The notes below the pieces were generated by a model. It was not told the DNA's origin. It worked only from the letters and a program-made list of their open reading frames with translations, and searched no databases. A stretch of DNA of 64,000 bases, taken from NCBI GenBank assembly GCA_963836185.1, contig CAWIIQ010000001.1, positions 352,001 through 416,000 on the forward strand. Reading direction: 5' to 3'. The position numbers were made by a program, and so were the translations under genes. This document shows positions 59,701 to 64,000 of the stretch, one piece after another. Source of the DNA: Candidatus Krumholzibacteriia bacterium (GTDB lineage: Bacteria > Krumholzibacteriota > Krumholzibacteriia > Krumholzibacteriales > Krumholzibacteriaceae). Numbering within the stretch: position 1 is the stretch's first letter; each line of letters begins with the position of its first letter.

Positions 59701-62626
59701 GCACAAGCGAGATCTCAGTCAAATCCTAGCAGAGAGTCTGCCTGGTCAACTGCTCTGCCTGTAATTGTTGATTCACAATCTCCTTTCGTCAGTATTTTGA
59801 CTAATGATGGTGCAGATACGGTTGTGACTGATCCGGAAATTCAAATATTCGGCATTACATCTGACCAGATGCCTTCATCTGGAATACTAGAGTCAAGCAT
59901 CAATACGGGTGATATCAATACAGGTGATGAATATGAGTGGGTGTTTGAAGTATCACTACTGCCCGGTATTAATGAGTTGGTTGTAACTTCAACGGATAAT
60001 TCAGGAAACAGCAAGAAAGACTCGATGAATGTTACATACGTGCCATATGACTCTGGCGATCATGTATGGCATGTTAAGCCTGATGGAACAGGTGAAGTTC
60101 TGACTATACAGGCAGGATAGCTCATGTGTAGTTGGGGATACCGTCCTTGTGCATCCGGGAACGTATACAGGAATTGGTAATCGCGAATTGGAATTTTTGG
60201 GTAAGGCAATAATGGTATTGGCTTATACAAGTTATGATGTAAATACCGTTGATCCTTCTGTCATTTCCAACGAGGAGCATGTTGCATTTCAACTTCACCA
60301 GAATGAGGATACGACTTCCATAATTGATGGATTGGAGATAGTGACAGACGGTAGTTTTACTACAGGTATATCTTGCATCTCATCATCCCCGAAGATCAGG
60401 AATTGCTGGATTCATGGAGGCAATCGGTCAATTCAAGCGAATCTGTCGTCACTAATAATTGAAAACAATATTATAGAGTATCAGGGAATGTCTGGGACAG
60501 GGATTGAATTCGAAGAATCCACACCTATCATAAGATATAACAATATCAAAGGAGACAATGAATACAGTACGGGGATTAGAATAACCTCTTGTTCAATGGC
60601 CGATATACATAACAATACGATTGATGTTTATGGTGGAGAAACGGCAGCGGGTATATCTATTAGTAATTCAACAGCAAATATATACAACAACAATATTGGT
60701 CCATGTAGCGGCTACTATCCTACGTGTATCAGTGCGACATCCTCGAACATAACCTTGATCGGTGATACCCTGCATCATTCTGGAGGCAGAGCTTATCACA
60801 CTGGAACTGCCTTGTATTGTCTGAACACATCTATTGTGATGACGGATAACTATGTTCATAGCAACGGCTCGGAATTTGGTTATTGTATCGAGATAAATGA
60901 TTCGCCAATGAGTACCATTGATAACAATATCATCGAAAATAATGGTACCGGCGGGATAAAGTTTTCGGGTGGAGAATCAAGCATTATCAGCAACAACAAG
61001 ATTGTCAATAATACTGAGATGGGAGGCATTCTTGTTAGTTCTTCAGTAACGATACGGGGTAATACTATAATAGGCAATAATACTGGCCTTGCTGATACTG
61101 GCTCTGATAACTGTGGGATTGCCTGTTATTCGTGTTCTCCGATAATTGAATACAACTTGATTGCGGGAAATCGTGGAATCAGTGGAGGTGGAATCTATTG
61201 TGAAGCCTCATCACCAACAATTGCATTCAATACTATATGCAATAATGAGGCTGGCAGAGGTGGAGGAATATTCTGTGACGAATTATCTTCACCAACCATA
61301 ATGAATACAATCGTTGCCGGAAATGTTCTTCGTGCGGGTCGATATTCGGACGGATGGGGCATTTACAGTGAATCAGATGGAATCACTTTCTCATGCAGTA
61401 ATATTTACAGTAACGATGGTGGAGAAGTTTACGGTGTAGATTATATAACTGGAGTAAACGGTAATATTTCTAACGATCCAGATTTTTGTGGAATGCTCGA
61501 AAATGAGTATTCTTTGAGTATTGACTCACCTTGCTTAGCTGGTAATCATCCTGATGGGGCATCTTGTGGACAAATCGGTGTCTATGGATGGGGTTGTTAT
61601 AGCACATACCCCCTAATTGCCAGCGTAGAAGATATTCCTGCCGATCAAGGACGCAGCGTGCAGCTTGCGTGGCACAGAAGCCGACATGATTATAGTGGCT
61701 CCGGTATGGAGATCACTCAATATGAGATATTCAGGCGCATCGATCAGTTACCACAAGCTCTATTCAATACTGTCGGTGATGAGCCTGATGATAGTGATGA
61801 GGGGCGCGACATAACAACTTATCCTCCTGGGAACTGGGACTATTTATTTTCCGTGGAAGCAACTAACACTGATTCATACGTCACTGAAGTAAGTACTTTG
61901 GAAGATTCGTGCAGGTTCAATGACTTAGATCCGCTATCTGATGAGCCGGCATACTTTTCGACTTTCTTTATTCGTGCATCAACAGCTGAACCAAGCTTAT
62001 TCTATGATTCGCCAGTCGATAGTGGGTATTCAGTCGATGATATAGTCCCAACCTTACTAAATGAGGTTATCTTTACTTACAATTCTAACGGCAGAAGGTT
62101 GGACTGGACTCGTTCAAGTGCCTTGGATCTGAAATGTTACAATATTTATTGTGATCGCTCAGACGGCTTTTCTCCTGGACCAGAAAACTTCATGGCCTCT
62201 ACAACTGACACTTTCTGGGTAGACCAGAATGGTGCGGGATATTTTCTTGAGAATTATTTGGTTACTGCGGTAGATAAGTCAGGCAATGAAAGCCTGCCAA
62301 TAGCGCCTAGTTCTATTGTAGATACCGAAGAGGGCATAACGCCTAAAGCAATTACGCTGCATCAGAATATTCCTAATCCTTTCAATCCAGTCACCACGAT
62401 CAATTTCGATCTTCCTGACGCTAATTCTCGAGTGACAATTACTGTCTACAATGTAGAAGGCAAGGTTGTAAGTAGGTTGTTGGATAAAGGACTGGAATCG
62501 GGAAGGCATAGTGTTACCTGGAACGGTGCAGATATGAGTGGTAACACAGTCTCGTCGGGATTGTATTTTTGCAAGATGACGGCTGGTGCATTCAGCAGTA
62601 CGATCAAGATGATATTGTTACGCTAA
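56719..62626 (+). CDS. Giant AT-rich secreted protein in several frameshifted pieces: unknown N-terminus, Ig-like domains, beta-helix, DIPADQG domain, Fn3-like domain, FlgD-Ig CTD
   Basis: ORFs 56719..56991, 57020..57856, 57853..60120 and 60149..62626 abut. VKPDGTG..TIQAG continues as GDTVLVHPGTY across 60120. Ends IKMILLR. Confidence 0.7.
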
Positions 62627-62647
62627 GTATATGGAGGGGCAATCAGT

Positions 62648-64000
62648 ATGAAGAACTTTTTAAGTATGAAGGCTGCATTACTAATCCTATTGCTTCATTT
62701 CATAATTAGTATGAGCTGTTGTGCGACAGGTAGTGCGGCAGAACACAGTTTTAAGGAAAGCTTCAATACTACAGCGAATTGTTCAACTGCTAACACTACG
62801 GCCTGGTGGGACATAAGTTCTGGTGAATTGAAACTATATCCTTTTGATATAGAAATAATCACGCATGTGGAAATTTATGGCGGCCCATGGCAACTGGCAG
62901 TACATGGCGACTATATGTATGTTGCAGATGGACATCTGGGAATTAAAATATTTGAAATTAGTGATCCTGAGTCGCTTGTGTTAGTTGCCGTATATGATAC
63001 CCCTGGAAGCGCTTGTGATGTAAAAGTTCATGGAGATATTTTATACGTTACTGACATAGGATCAGGAGTTCTCGTGCTGGATATTTCCAATCCACAGTTT
63101 CCTGTTTATAGTAACAATGTTTACACTTCCGATTCTCCATATCATATTGAAATCTTGGGTGACAATGCATTTGTTTCGAACTGGGCAGATTCAACTGTTA
63201 CAGTATTAGACATTGTTGATCCCGCTAATCCAATAATGATTTCAGAAGTAGAAGAACCAGGGCGATGCGATGCAAATTCTTGCGCAAGGCGATTACGCAT
63301 ATATTGCCAGCTTAGACAGTGGATTATCAGTCATGAATATTTCTGATCCATATAGTCCGATAGTATGTGGGAGATACGTGACTGGTGACAAGGTAAGAAG
63401 GATGAGAAAATAAGGTAACTATATCTTTGCATCAAATGAGTATTCAGGAATGGTCATTCTGGATATTTCAGATCCAACCGATCCGTTTCTGGTGACATCT
63501 TTTAATACACCTATCAGGGCACTTGATATCGAATTAGACGGTTATTATCTGTATGTTGCAAGCGATTATAGCCTTGCCGTATTTGATGTGTCAGTTTTGT
63601 CTATTCCTGTCAAGATGTCAGAAGTTGGTACTACCAATAATGCAATTGGGCTATGGCTAGATGGAGAGTATGCATTCATTTCCTGCTATTCCGCGGGTAT
63701 AGATGTTGTACGGATTGCAGACGTTGCAGAGCAGCCTCTGGAAATTGGTTATGATAGCACATGGAGTGATGCTGGTGTATATAGGTGCTATTCTGAGGTC
63801 GCCGGTGACGTAATGTATGCGTCTGTTCAGCAGAACTTTTGTGGCTTATGATGTCTCATCCCCCTTGAACCCTGTTGTATTATCAAGTGCCAATCTGTGA
63901 TCAGACCGCAGTTATTAGCATTGAAATAACGGATAAGTGGGCTTACGTAGCCACAGGGGGGTATTATGATGGGTTCCAATGTGTAGACATATCTGATCCT
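62648..64000 (+). CDS. Secreted LVIVD-repeat protein, frameshifted, runs off the window
   Basis: GGAGG RBS, signal peptide; VHGDYMYVADG..G..IFEISDP repeats in ORFs 62648..63346 and 63450..63851. Confidence 0.75.

Overview
Bacterial chromosomal window, about 60-65% GC in core genes with AT-richer patches. Gene content (FlgD-Ig/T9SS-like C-terminal domains ending -KMVLLR, TonB, LVIVD, PD40 and ankyrin proteins) suggests an FCB-associated candidate phylum such as Krumholzibacteriota/Latescibacterota; this is inference only. More than 20 frameshifts, many at homopolymers, look like long-read assembly errors. Main content: five very large modular secreted proteins; a plasticity zone at about 9.5-27.5 kb (DUF2075 helicase, Mrr, two toxin-antitoxin modules, hydrolases, GNAT, VOC, small gene relics); a divergent ankyrin-protein pair; a MacA-like adaptor with two ABC permeases; and an AT-rich island from about 55.5 kb to the end. 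I saw no rRNA, tRNA, CRISPR array, integrase, transposase or reverse transcriptase. Most notable observations: (i) two secreted-protein genes, each with its own promoter, sit between 38-50 bp direct repeats with no recombinase inside; (ii) mrr has integron-cassette core sites and a collapsed attC; (iii) three giant proteins share an unnamed C-terminal trunk (D-V/I-P-x-D-Q-G domain, Fn3-like domain, CTD) behind different N-terminal cargo; (iv) a frameshift hides a SWGKIKTKYR C-terminal tail that may be an alternative sorting signal; (v) a 22-bp motif recurs upstream of four transcription units.
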